DNA of 64,000 bases. It comes from Candidatus Uhrbacteria bacterium. GTDB taxonomy: Bacteria > Patescibacteriota > Patescibacteriia > UBA9934 > GWF2-40-263. The DNA is taken from positions 36,324 to 100,323 of the forward strand of contig JACQSK010000021.1 in the NCBI GenBank assembly GCA_016205975.1, in the 5' to 3' direction. How positions within the stretch are numbered: position 1 is the first letter of the stretch; each line of letters begins with the position of its first letter. The notes below the pieces were generated by a model. That model saw only the letters and a list, made by a program, of their open reading frames with translations. It did not search any database and was not told the DNA's origin. The translations under genes were made by a program, and so were the position numbers. Positions 18,877 through 28,385 of the stretch are shown here, in pieces.

Positions 18877-19473
18877 ATGCCGCTGCGCCTTCTCACAATC
18901 GCGTTGTTTCTTCTGGTGATGAGCCTGCTCGTGCTCGAACGTTTTTCTGGTCCGCCGACGTTTCCCGTCACAGTCGTACGCGTCGACCAGGAAAGCAACT
19001 ACCACACGGGCGAGTCGCTGACGCGCGGCGAGATCGTAACGACCGCCGAGGGCTATCTGGAAATCACGATCGGAGAGGACACACGCATCTTCCTGTCCAA
19101 GAATACGCAGATCGAACTCCAGCGCCTCTTTGAAGACGAAGTCGTCATCAAACTGACGAAGGGCCGCATCGTCGTGGACACGCAAGCAGACACGCCTGTC
19201 AGGATTCGTACCAACAGGACACAGCATCTCGTCCACAAGAGCTCTGCGTCTTTTGTGAACTACGACTTCCTGCAAACCGTCCACGTCTTTCCTCTGACCG
19301 ATACCGTACAAACAACCATCGGCGACGAGAACCTGATCACGCCGCTCCCGCTTGCGATCTACGAGACCGAGCCCCTGCGCTACGAGGCGATCACGATGAA
19401 CCTGGCCGCGAGCGATGCCAAAGACTTCTACGTCTGGGCAGGCGTTTTGACGGATGAGGTAAGCCTGCGGTAA
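18877..19473 (+). CDS. membrane-anchored hypothetical protein
   Basis: 198 aa; N-terminal TM/signal anchor (LLTIALFLLVMSLLVL) followed by a beta-rich soluble domain; no firm motif. Confidence 0.45.
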   Translation: MPLRLLTIALFLLVMSLLVLERFSGPPTFPVTVVRVDQESNYHTGESLTRGEIVTTAEGYLEITIGEDTRIFLSKNTQIELQRLFEDEVVIKLTKGRIVVDTQADTPVRIRTNRTQHLVHKSSASFVNYDFLQTVHVFPLTDTVQTTIGDENLITPLPLAIYETEPLRYEAITMNLAASDAKDFYVWAGVLTDEVSLR

Positions 19474-19503
19474 GCTCAGCTCGCCTTTTGGCAGGGAGAC
19501 ATC

Positions 19504-20382
19504 TTGTCCTACATCGCAGATCACGCACCGTCATTCGCTCACGCTCTCCGGATGATTTCCGCAGGTACGGTCGACATCGTCAGCCGGCTGCCCCTGTTGG
19601 AGCTGGAGGCTCGAGCCGGTCTGGTCAAAGCGGGCCTGTTCGACTTCGACGGCACCTTGCACGCGGGCAACACGTGGGCCTCGGTCTGTAGTCGGCTGCC
19701 GGATCCGCAGCGGAATCAGGAAGCGGAGATCAGAAAATGGTACTGGTCGCAGGTCCACAACGGGCGCCCGCAAACCTCACTGGAGGATCCGGACTGGTTC
19801 CACAGCCACATGCCGTTTGAGAACCAGGCCGTTGTCGACGGCGCATGGGTGGCGAGCGATGTGCATGCGTTCGTCCAGGCAGGCTTCATGCGCGAGGATT
19901 TCACGCGGGTCGCGCTGGAGCTCGGCGAGCGGGAGGGAGCCGTGCCCCTCTTGCGCCTGATGGGTGAGCGAGCGATCATCACCTTCGGCCTTGAACCTGT
20001 CGCACTGGACTGGCTGAAGGCTCACAAGGTTCGGGCGGCCGTGGCAGGCACGCGCCTCCTGTTCGATGAGCGCGGCCGCCTCACGGGACACCATCCCAAC
20101 GTCGTGGCCAGTTCCACCAAGGCCTCAGCGGCCAAGCGGTTCCGCGAGCTTACGGGATTCGAGGAGCGGGAGCTCCTCGTCTTGGGCGATGCCGTGACGG
20201 ATGTCCACATGATGACGGAAGGGACCTTCAATGTCCTCCTCGTCCCGCGCCGCGAGCTCGACCGCAAGCTGCAGGACTACCGAGAGAACAATCTCGAGTC
20301 CATGTGGGATCGACTGAGTGCGATCGTCGTGAGCGACTCGCTCGTGCCGCTAGAACGTTTCTTGTTCCTGGCGCGCGCCTAA
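19504..20382 (+). CDS. HAD-superfamily hydrolase
   Basis: motif I FDFDGTL, motif IV-like GDAVTDVHMM; start is TTG at 19504 per tool (alternative ATG at 19552). Confidence 0.7.
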   Translation: MSYIADHAPSFAHALRMISAGTVDIVSRLPLLELEARAGLVKAGLFDFDGTLHAGNTWASVCSRLPDPQRNQEAEIRKWYWSQVHNGRPQTSLEDPDWFHSHMPFENQAVVDGAWVASDVHAFVQAGFMREDFTRVALELGEREGAVPLLRLMGERAIITFGLEPVALDWLKAHKVRAAVAGTRLLFDERGRLTGHHPNVVASSTKASAAKRFRELTGFEERELLVLGDAVTDVHMMTEGTFNVLLVPRRELDRKLQDYRENNLESMWDRLSAIVVSDSLVPLERFLFLARA

Positions 20383-20394
20383 GGAGAAACGCCA

Positions 20395-20430
20395 AACCGC
20401 CCCTCGGTAAACTTGGGACGGTTTTTTTGT
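20395..20430. terminator. bidirectional terminator between convergent HAD hydrolase gene and mnmA
   Basis: accgcccc...gggacggt imperfect hairpin followed by ttttttt (+) and preceded by aaa run. Confidence 0.5.
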
Positions 20431-20437
20431 ACTCGTA

Positions 20438-21562
20438 TTACTTGATAATGCCGCCGCCCAAAACAACCTCGCCATCGTAAAACACGACAGACTGGCCTGG
20501 CGTCACGGCACGCTGGGGCTCGTCAAACACAACCGCGACGGCGCGAGCGTTTACCTGAGTGATCGTGCAGGACTGAAGCGGCTGGCGATAACGGATCCTC
20601 GCCTGGCACGCGCGCGGCGCCGTGGGGGATTGAAACCAATTGAGCTGCGAGGCTCTGAGCTCACGCTTGAATAAGGCCGGATGAAAGTTACTCCCCACGA
20701 CGAGTTCTTTTGTCGCGGGCCGCTTGTCCACGACATAGTAAGGCTCTCCCCCGCCAATCCTGAGTCCATGGCGCTGGCCGATCGTGTAGAACGCCAGTCC
20801 CTCATGGACGCCAACGAGCTTCCCGTCCGTGGTCACGATGTTCCCCGGGTCCTTAGGGATGCGCTCCTGGAGGAACGCGCGCATCTCAACCTCGCCCACG
20901 AAACAGATCCCCGTGGAGTCTTTTTTCCCCGCGACCGAGAGCCCTGCCTGTCGCGCCCGCTCGCGCACCTCGGGCTTCCGCATCTCTCCCACGGGAAACA
21001 ACACGCGCGCGAGCACCTCGGGCTTGATCGCCCAGAGGAAATACGACTGGTCTTTATTCTTGTCCGATCCTGCCAAGAGCTGGCCGCCCTGCACGCGCGC
21101 GTAGTGCCCCGTTGCGACGAACGCGCACCCCAGCCGATCGGCCTCCTGGACAAACCGATCGAACTTGATGGACTTGTTGCACAGCACGTCCGGGTTAGGC
21201 GTCCGACCGGCTTGAAACTCCTCAAACATGTTCTCGACGACCCGGGCTCGATACTCCTTCTCAAAATCGAACGTCACAAACGGAATGTCGAGCTTAGCCG
21301 CCACGCGCGCAGCGTCGCGCCGTTCCGCCTTCCAGTCGCACTCCGTGAACGCTTCATCCGCATCAGTCGCTGCTTCCACCTGGGGGACTTTTTTTCGTAT
21401 ATACGAATTTTTGTCCCCCTGCCCGTCCCTGTCGTTCACGCCTCCCGACCAATTCTTCATGAACGCGCCAATCACCTCGTAGCCTGCCTCCAACAACAAA
21501 ACCGCGGACACCGATGAATCCACGCCTCCTGACATACCGAGAAGAACTTTTTTCTTTGTCAT
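20438..21562 (-). CDS. mnmA: tRNA-specific 2-thiouridylase MnmA
   Basis: 374 aa; PP-loop MSGGVDSSVSA; catalytic Cys region and C-terminal beta-barrel consistent with MnmA. Confidence 0.9.
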   Translation of the reverse strand: MTKKKVLLGMSGGVDSSVSAVLLLEAGYEVIGAFMKNWSGGVNDRDGQGDKNSYIRKKVPQVEAATDADEAFTECDWKAERRDAARVAAKLDIPFVTFDFEKEYRARVVENMFEEFQAGRTPNPDVLCNKSIKFDRFVQEADRLGCAFVATGHYARVQGGQLLAGSDKNKDQSYFLWAIKPEVLARVLFPVGEMRKPEVRERARQAGLSVAGKKDSTGICFVGEVEMRAFLQERIPKDPGNIVTTDGKLVGVHEGLAFYTIGQRHGLRIGGGEPYYVVDKRPATKELVVGSNFHPALFKRELRASQLNWFQSPTAPRACQARIRYRQPLQSCTITQVNARAVAVVFDEPQRAVTPGQSVVFYDGEVVLGGGIIK

Positions 21563-22869
21563 GTTCCCTTTTCACGCAGGGCAAGCTCTAACTTCTGTAC
21601 CTCTTCCCTGAGTACGAAGACGTCCACGAAGCCGAGTTTCTCGTTGTACTTCATCAGCAAGTCCGAGTACTCCATCATGGGCACCAAGCGCGCGCCGCCG
21701 AGAATCTTTTTTTCCACGAACAAGTCGTGCGACGCATCTGACCCAAGGCTGGTCAGCTCTTTTCCTGCGCGGTGCGTGAACCAGCCGATCTCGTGCGACT
21801 CGCAGAGCTGTCGGATGCGCTCCAGCGTCTGTTGATCCTCGGGAACGTTTTCTTGCAGACGCAAGATGCGCCGAGCCGGCAGGCGCGACATGAGATGGCG
21901 CGACCAATAATTTTTTTCGTCGCGCGCGGCGGTGAACAGTTGCTCGATGACCGCGCCGTCATGAAGCGCGGCATAGGCGTGAGGATCGGTGGGGACCACA
22001 AGCGGAATCTCACGCGTTGCGATCGCTTGTTCAAGAGCATAAATGAACCCCGCCTTCGTCTTGTGAAAATACACTTGATCGAACATGTGATAGCGCGCAA
22101 GCAGGAACGCCTCGAACGCGCGTACGCCGTTTTCCGCCAGCGTCAGGACGAACGCGCCCTCGCGCTCGTGCGCGCTCATGCTGGAGATGAGCCAGTCGAT
22201 GTCGTACGCGCCGTAGGCGACACCGCAAAAATAGCTGTCGCGAAGAAGATAGTCCATCCGATCCGCGTCCACCTCTCCCGTAATGAGCTGCCTCATGAGC
22301 GCATGCAGCGACGGCACGCGGTCCTCGATCTGACGCATCCACATGGACGGCATGACGCCCGCATGGATCAGGGAACCGATATCCTGCGCAAGCGACGCGT
22401 CGAGGACTCCCTCCTGCGCCATGGCCTGCAAAAGCAGCACGCTGTAATCCTCATGACGGGCTTGCCGATCGGAGGCATCGCTCCACCAGAACCAATCCAT
22501 CGGAAGCGCGCGGCGCGCAGGGAAAATGCTCTCACACTCATGCGAAAACGGGCCGTGGCCGATGTCGTGCAGGAGTCCCGCCAGCCGTAAGCGTCGGCGC
22601 AGGAGATCGATTTCTTCCGCCGTCAGCCTCTCGACGATCGCCCTCGTGCCTTCGATCACCTTGCCGAACAGCCGTCCGGCTACATGCATCGCGCCCAGGC
22701 CATGCATGAACCTCGTGTGCACCGCGCCCGGGTAAACGTAGGTCTGCAAAAAAGACAGCTGTGAAATGAAACGCAGCCGCTGGAAAAACGGATGATCGAT
22801 AATCTGCCGCTCGAATGCATCAAACGCGATCCGTTTGTGAATGGGATCGCGAAGCTCGTAGGGGTGCAT
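21559..22869 (-). CDS. HD-domain phosphohydrolase (dGTPase-like)
   Basis: 436 aa; H...HD metal-binding motif (FMHGLGAMHVAGRLF...LLHDIGHGPFSH); 4-nt overlap with mnmA. Confidence 0.75.
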   Translation of the reverse strand: MHPYELRDPIHKRIAFDAFERQIIDHPFFQRLRFISQLSFLQTYVYPGAVHTRFMHGLGAMHVAGRLFGKVIEGTRAIVERLTAEEIDLLRRRLRLAGLLHDIGHGPFSHECESIFPARRALPMDWFWWSDASDRQARHEDYSVLLLQAMAQEGVLDASLAQDIGSLIHAGVMPSMWMRQIEDRVPSLHALMRQLITGEVDADRMDYLLRDSYFCGVAYGAYDIDWLISSMSAHEREGAFVLTLAENGVRAFEAFLLARYHMFDQVYFHKTKAGFIYALEQAIATREIPLVVPTDPHAYAALHDGAVIEQLFTAARDEKNYWSRHLMSRLPARRILRLQENVPEDQQTLERIRQLCESHEIGWFTHRAGKELTSLGSDASHDLFVEKKILGGARLVPMMEYSDLLMKYNEKLGFVDVFVLREEVQKLELALREKGT

Positions 22870-22881
22870 AGTTGGACTGGC

Positions 22882-23676
22882 CTATCCTAGCAGCAGGATC
22901 AAAAATCCGACAAGGACGCGGAAGACGGCGACCTCTGAGAAGCTGTAACGCTTCAGGAACGCGAGCAGGAGCTTGATGGTCAAGAGCGCGGTGAAAAAAG
23001 CCGCGAGGAAACCGACCACGAGCGGCTGGATCGCGATCACGACAGACCCGTCCAAAATCGCCAGCAGTTTGTACAGTCCGGCGGCGGCCGTGGCCGGGAG
23101 CGCGAGGAGAAAAGAAAACCGCGCGGCCGTCTCGCGAGACAGGCCCAAAAAAAGTCCGCTGGTAATCGTGATGCCTGAGCGCGACGTCCCTGGGATGAGC
23201 GCGATCGCCTGCGAGAGTCCGACGAGAAACATCTGCTTGGGGCTCACGCTTGTAACCGCGTCCTTTGGGCGCTTGGCCCTACGGTCGGCCAGGTAGAGCA
23301 CGGTTCCCCAGATGATGAACGACCAGGCCACTACTTCGGTCGAACGCAGAGGTCCCTCGATGACGTCTTTCAGCGCATAGCCGATCACGAGCACGGGGAT
23401 CGTCGATAGCACGATCCACACGCCCAGTCGGCGCCAGCGCCCGCTGCCCTCCTGCCTGGGAGCGCGAAAGGCACCGACGATCGCCGCGACTTCGCTCCAG
23501 AGCGCGACGATCACGGCTGTGAGCGTGGCCAGATGCATGAACGCATCAAACGCCAGATCCTGCACGGGCCAACCGAGCGCCTCCGGCACTAAAATCAAAA
23601 ACCCCGAACTCGAAATCGGAAGGAACTCCGTGATGCCTTGAACGATGCCAAGGGTGAGGGCCTGAAACATGGTCAT
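22882..23676 (-). CDS. uppP: undecaprenyl-diphosphatase
   Basis: 264 aa polytopic membrane protein; N-terminus MTMFQALTLGIVQGITEFLPISSSGFL is the UppP/BacA signature. Confidence 0.9.
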   Translation of the reverse strand: MTMFQALTLGIVQGITEFLPISSSGFLILVPEALGWPVQDLAFDAFMHLATLTAVIVALWSEVAAIVGAFRAPRQEGSGRWRRLGVWIVLSTIPVLVIGYALKDVIEGPLRSTEVVAWSFIIWGTVLYLADRRAKRPKDAVTSVSPKQMFLVGLSQAIALIPGTSRSGITITSGLFLGLSRETAARFSFLLALPATAAAGLYKLLAILDGSVVIAIQPLVVGFLAAFFTALLTIKLLLAFLKRYSFSEVAVFRVLVGFLILLLG

Positions 23677-23685
23677 ACGCGTCTC

Positions 23686-25872
23686 CTAGTCGAACCGGAT
23701 CGTCTGCCCAGACCGTACCGCGCCTGTCGCGGGAGTCGAGGGTCTTGGCGCGGGCGATGGCGCATAGGCGGGCCTCGCCCGAAGGACGGGCACGGCCGAG
23801 GGAGCCCCTGCTCCCGCATTGGGTATCGATGGCGGTGCAAGGGGCGTCGAAGGTACATGGGTTCCATTTGGAACAGGAGCGCCGCCGCCTTTTTTCCCGC
23901 GCCGCCGCCGCTTCTTTTTCGCCGCGCCGTCCGATCCTTCTGCGCTTGGTGCAAACTCCCGCTTCGCCTCAGGACGAGGCACGGAGGACTCTTGCTTGCG
24001 CGCCTCACGAATCTTATTCAAACACTCCTCGCAGTACGCCGGGCGCGAGCGATCCAATTTGACGCTCGTATGAAATGCCTTTCCGCAATCTGCACAGTGA
24101 TAGGGTTGAGAGGGCGACGGCGTCCCAGAGGTGAGATTCTCAGGGCCTTTAGGCCCTTCCGGAGGAATGCCGAGGACGAGATTCTCAGGGCCTTTAGGCC
24201 CGTCCGGAGGAACGCCCCTAAAGGGGCTTTGAATTACGGAGGGCGCAAGCGCCGCGAGACTCACGGGCGGCTCAGGTGAAACCTTCTCCACCGGTGCGCC
24301 TTCCGTGGGCTTGGGTACGGGAGAACTCGACGGACTTGCCGTTGCTGACGCGGAGGCAGGCTTGGGCACGAACGGTCTGGATTTCTTTCCTCCCTTGCGT
24401 TCCTCGCGCACCAGCTCAATGCAGTCATCGCAATAAATCGGCCGCGAGCGGTCCAGCTCCACCGGCAGGATGATCTCCTTGTCGCAACGCGAACATTTGT
24501 ATTCGAACCGCGGCTTCTTGCTTTCCTTGGACGCTTTCTTTTTATCCTCAGCGGCCTTCAGCAGAGTGTCCATGTCCGCTCCCTCCATGCCGCTCCATTG
24601 CAAAATCTTTTCCTCAATCACGCTCCTGGGCTGCGCATAACGCTCGCGCGAGACCTTGATAACTTTCTCCTGCGAGTGCGTCACCTGGGCGATCGGCGGC
24701 AAGGTGATGGCCGAGAAGGGCTGGCTCGTCACACCGTCGATCAAAAGCTTAATGTAGACGTTGTACTTGGGCAGGTTGATGACGTCCTCAGGCGTGAAGC
24801 GCGGCATGAACTCGGTCTCCATGAACGTCGCGTCCGGCGAGCCGACGCGGAATGTGATGATCGTCCCGACGTTTCCGAACACGGCATCGCGCACTTCCTC
24901 GCTCAGCTGCGCGACGTACTGGTGCGCCATGGTCAAACACAGGCGGTACTTACGCGCCTCGGACAAAATACTCGCGAACGATTCCACGGCAAAATTTTGG
25001 AACTCATCCACATAGAGATAAAAATCCTTGCGCTCCTCCTCAGGAATCTCCACGCGCTCCATGGCCGCCAGCTGCATCTTAGTGATGAGGAGTCCCCCCA
25101 GCAGACGCGAGTTGTCCTCGCCGATTCTTCCCTTCGACAAATTGATGATGAAGATTTTTTCCGAATCCATGATCTCGCGCACGTTGATGGTGGACTTCAC
25201 CTGCGCCACGATGTTACGGATGACGACCGCCGAGAGGAACTGACCGATCTTGTTTTGGATCGGCGCCACGGCCTCCTGCGCGTACTTTTCGTTATAAGAA
25301 GCGAACTCCACCAGCCAGAACTGCTTGACGACCGGATCCTTCACATTGCCAACGATGCGCTTGCGGAACTCGGCATCGGAAAGCAGACGGTTGATGCCCA
25401 AGAGCGTCTGGCCGGGATTATCCAAGAGCGCCAAGAGTGTGTTGTTCAAAATATATTCCATGCGGCTGGACCACATGTTCTCCCAAATTTTCTGGAACAC
25501 GCCCATCATGCCGGAGACGACCAGGTGCTTGTGGCTGTCGCTCACGGCCTCCAAAATATTGAAGCCGACCGGAAACTCCATGTCCGCCGGATTGAAGTAC
25601 ACCACGTCGTTCATGCGCCAGCTGGGAATAAAATCAATAAGCCGCTCGGCCGTGTCGCCGTGGGGATCCACGTACGCGCAGCCGTGGCCCGCGTAGATGT
25701 CCGACAAGATGAGGTTCTCCAGGAGCACCGTCTTGCCCATGCCCGTCTTTCCAATCACATATACATGACGGCGGCGGTCGTCGGTCTTGATGCCGAACTT
25801 GGTCATCTTGTTGCGGAAGTTCGTCTTCGCAAAATAGTTGACCTCGTGGTCGTGGTCATGGTTGTACGACAT
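23686..25872 (-). CDS. FtsK/HerA/TrwB-superfamily P-loop ATPase (TraD/VirD4-coupling-protein-like NTPase domain, DUF87-like) with two C-terminal zinc-ribbon motifs
   Basis: 728 aa; Walker A RRRHVYVIGKTGMGKTVLL, Walker B FYLYVDEFQNF; no N-terminal TM segment; C-terminal Pro/Ala-rich region contains two paralogous CxxC-x17-CxxC units (KCSRCDKEIILPVELDRSRPIYCDDCIE and HCADCGKAFHTSVKLDRSRPAYCEECLN) and an internal 15-aa tandem duplication; start 4 nt after the upstream membrane-protein gene. Confidence 0.7.
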   Translation of the reverse strand: MSYNHDHDHEVNYFAKTNFRNKMTKFGIKTDDRRRHVYVIGKTGMGKTVLLENLILSDIYAGHGCAYVDPHGDTAERLIDFIPSWRMNDVVYFNPADMEFPVGFNILEAVSDSHKHLVVSGMMGVFQKIWENMWSSRMEYILNNTLLALLDNPGQTLLGINRLLSDAEFRKRIVGNVKDPVVKQFWLVEFASYNEKYAQEAVAPIQNKIGQFLSAVVIRNIVAQVKSTINVREIMDSEKIFIINLSKGRIGEDNSRLLGGLLITKMQLAAMERVEIPEEERKDFYLYVDEFQNFAVESFASILSEARKYRLCLTMAHQYVAQLSEEVRDAVFGNVGTIITFRVGSPDATFMETEFMPRFTPEDVINLPKYNVYIKLLIDGVTSQPFSAITLPPIAQVTHSQEKVIKVSRERYAQPRSVIEEKILQWSGMEGADMDTLLKAAEDKKKASKESKKPRFEYKCSRCDKEIILPVELDRSRPIYCDDCIELVREERKGGKKSRPFVPKPASASATASPSSSPVPKPTEGAPVEKVSPEPPVSLAALAPSVIQSPFRGVPPDGPKGPENLVLGIPPEGPKGPENLTSGTPSPSQPYHCADCGKAFHTSVKLDRSRPAYCEECLNKIREARKQESSVPRPEAKREFAPSAEGSDGAAKKKRRRRGKKGGGAPVPNGTHVPSTPLAPPSIPNAGAGAPSAVPVLRARPAYAPSPAPRPSTPATGAVRSGQTIRFD
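24133..24222. repeat. 45-bp tandem duplication inside the ATPase gene
   Basis: gagattctcagggcctttaggccc(t/g)tccggaggaa occurs twice 45 bp apart; encodes GIPPEGPKGPENL x2. Confidence 0.8.
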
Positions 25873-25875
25873 AGC

Positions 25876-27513
25876 TCACGTGGGAAGGTTAGGTGGAACA
25901 AAGCCATCGTCATTCGTGTCGGCGTTCTCTTCGGTAGGCGCAACAGGATGCGGGAGCGTCTCGGAGAGCGGCTCGTCCGACTCGGGCTCAGCAATCCCCG
26001 CGCCAAGAAACGACGGCGCGCCTTCTTCCTCAGGCGCAAAAATATCCGGCGCGCCAGGCAGCGACTGCTCGACAAACGTCATGGGGAGTCCCGCGGGCGG
26101 TTCGCCGCGCTTGGACTCGCTCTTCTTCACGAGCGGCGCCTTGATCGAGATGGCTGGGAAGTGCCAGAGCGTGGCCAGCTCCTCGGTGTTCAAAAAAACA
26201 GGATTCGCGCCGATGCCCCAGCCGCGTTTTTTGTAGCCGGTCATGAGGGTCTTCTGTTTTTTCGTGTAAACCCAGCGCATCCAAAAATAATCGTCCTTGG
26301 GGACCTGCGGGATGTACAGCGTAAACTTGTTCAGGTTCAGGTGCGTAAACTGGCTCCAGATGCCCTTCACAATGCCCGTGCGCTCGACTTTCACAAACGC
26401 GTTCTTCTTGGCAATGTAGATCACACGGATCTTCACGCCCAGCCCGACTTTGCCCGCCTTGAGCAAAATCGCTTCCGCCTCCTCTTTCTGCGCAGGCGAG
26501 ATCTTAAACGCCTTCCAAACGTCCGCTTCTTTCGCCTCGCCCCCAGGAAGCAACAGGCCGCTGAGATCCACATCCATCGCCTCTTTCAGAATCTCGTTGG
26601 GAATCGTCAGGAGCGACTCGGACGCTGAATCGAGAAAACTCTTTTTCTTTTTCTCCTCCACACCATACATGGTGTTCACATACTTCAATCCCTTTTTCAT
26701 CCAATCGTTGGTCGAAGGCTGCGCCAAAATCTGAATCCAAAAATGCTCGCCGGGGCGCATCGTCGCCAGCTGTTCGAGCGTGTATCCCAACGGATCCTTG
26801 ATCTCCTGCGAGATGCGATCCTCAAAGTTCACGTACGTGCGGATGGGGTACATGGAGTCGCGGTCGAGCGTCATCTCTCCGCCCCACATCTCGTACTCGT
26901 CGTTGGGATAGTCGGACGGAAACGCGAGCGTGTAGTCCTCGATCTCGCTGATCTGGGCATCGGGATAGTGGGCATAGATGCCTGCTTCGACCACGTCGCG
27001 GAACCGCGTTTGCGTGCGGATCACAAATTGGATATACCCCTCCGTCGAGACGATCTCAAACGAAAAAACCGGATGGAGCTTTCCGTCGATCCAGATTTCC
27101 TTCCAGGTGAGCGAGGACTTCGTGCCGTAGAGGTTCGCGTAAAAGTTTTCCATGGCCTTGGGCGTCTGCTCGGTCATGGAGGGAACATCCACAGCCAGGT
27201 AGGTGAACTTGAGCTTTGCCGAGTACAGCCCTTGGCGGTAGTCCTGCCAGACAATGGTGAATCCCCAGGCGAGCGTCACGGCGATCGGAATCCATCCAAA
27301 CCAAATCAGGAAGTCAAAAAGAATGGCATCAATGGGCTGGTCAAAGTAGGAAGCCGACTGGGCAGCCGCGGTTGTCGCTTGTCCGATGATCGGGATCGCA
27401 AAAAAAGAAAACATAAAGAGGGTCGAGACTAGTATAACAAAAAACCGGGGATGAACCCAGTTTTTTTGTTTGTGGATGAAGTCGGTTAGACGTTCTTCAA
27501 CCATTTCTCCCAC
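25876..27513 (-). CDS. membrane protein, two N-terminal TM helices plus large soluble domain, function unknown; operonic partner of the ATPase
   Basis: 545 aa; TM1 FFVILVSTLFMFSFFAIPIIG, TM2 ILFDFLIWFGWIPIAVTLAWGFTIVW; about 430-aa soluble domain with no motif I can assign; acidic/Pro-rich C-terminal tail. Confidence 0.55.
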   Translation of the reverse strand: MGEMVEERLTDFIHKQKNWVHPRFFVILVSTLFMFSFFAIPIIGQATTAAAQSASYFDQPIDAILFDFLIWFGWIPIAVTLAWGFTIVWQDYRQGLYSAKLKFTYLAVDVPSMTEQTPKAMENFYANLYGTKSSLTWKEIWIDGKLHPVFSFEIVSTEGYIQFVIRTQTRFRDVVEAGIYAHYPDAQISEIEDYTLAFPSDYPNDEYEMWGGEMTLDRDSMYPIRTYVNFEDRISQEIKDPLGYTLEQLATMRPGEHFWIQILAQPSTNDWMKKGLKYVNTMYGVEEKKKKSFLDSASESLLTIPNEILKEAMDVDLSGLLLPGGEAKEADVWKAFKISPAQKEEAEAILLKAGKVGLGVKIRVIYIAKKNAFVKVERTGIVKGIWSQFTHLNLNKFTLYIPQVPKDDYFWMRWVYTKKQKTLMTGYKKRGWGIGANPVFLNTEELATLWHFPAISIKAPLVKKSESKRGEPPAGLPMTFVEQSLPGAPDIFAPEEEGAPSFLGAGIAEPESDEPLSETLPHPVAPTEENADTNDDGFVPPNLPT

Positions 27514-28385
27514 GCAACTAAAGCGGGGCTGGCAAAAAAGATGGAGGAGTACGTGCCCACGGCGATGCCGATCATGAGAGCCAGGGCAAAGGGGCGCGTG
27601 GTTTCGCCGCCGAAGAAGAAGATGGCGGAGAGGGCTAAGAGGGTTGTAAGTGAGGTATTCAGCGAACGGACGAATGTCTGGCGGATGCTCTTTTCCACAA
27701 CCTCCGGGAACGGCTCGCCGGTGTGATGGGAAAGGTTTTCACGCGTGCGGTCGAACACCACAACGGTGTCCGAGATTGAGTATCCCAGGATCGTGAGAAT
27801 CGCGGCGACAAATCCAGAACCGATCTCCCAATGGAGGAAATAACCCAACAGCGCGAACACGCCAAGCGGAATGATCACGTCGTGCGCGGCCGTCAGCACC
27901 GTGATAAGCCCGTACTTCCAGGAAGCGATCGGCTCGGACACTTTTCGGAACGCCCAAGAGATGTACAGGCCGATGAGCACGAGGGTGAGCCCCACGCCCA
28001 TGAGCGAGGAACGGCGCAGCTCGGTCCCAACGGTCGGTCCGATCGAGTCGAACCTGAGCTCGGTGAACGCGCCAAAGCGTTCCTCCAGAGCCGCCAGGGT
28101 CGCCTGATGCTGTGCCTCGTCCTGCGTGACGGAACGGATGATGAGTTTATGGTTCTCGTCCGCCGACTGGACCGAGATACTCTCGAGGGACGCGAGGACG
28201 TCCTTCACCTCCTGGATGGCGGGCGCGCCTTGCTCGAATGCGAGCTCCATGAGTGAACCGCCCGTGAAGTCCACGCTGAACCTCAATCCAAAGACGAGAA
28301 GCGCGATCACGCTTAAAAGGGTCAGGACAAGCGAGAGGCCAAACCACGCCTTGCGCCATCCGACGAAAGAAAAAGAAGACATCAT
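27486..28385 (-). CDS. secF: protein translocase subunit SecF
   Basis: 299 aa; ...VDFTGGS..., six TM segments, SecF family; 4-nt overlap with secD. Confidence 0.9.
   Translation of the reverse strand: MMSSFSFVGWRKAWFGLSLVLTLLSVIALLVFGLRFSVDFTGGSLMELAFEQGAPAIQEVKDVLASLESISVQSADENHKLIIRSVTQDEAQHQATLAALEERFGAFTELRFDSIGPTVGTELRRSSLMGVGLTLVLIGLYISWAFRKVSEPIASWKYGLITVLTAAHDVIIPLGVFALLGYFLHWEIGSGFVAAILTILGYSISDTVVVFDRTRENLSHHTGEPFPEVVEKSIRQTFVRSLNTSLTTLLALSAIFFFGGETTRPFALALMIGIAVGTYSSIFFASPALVAWEKWLKNV

Noticed and set aside
24598-26628. 676-aa plus-strand ORF
   Set aside because: Lies antisense to the ATPase and membrane-protein genes. Its translation is Arg/Leu/His/Gly-rich with no motifs, typical of a stop-free antisense frame in high-GC DNA.
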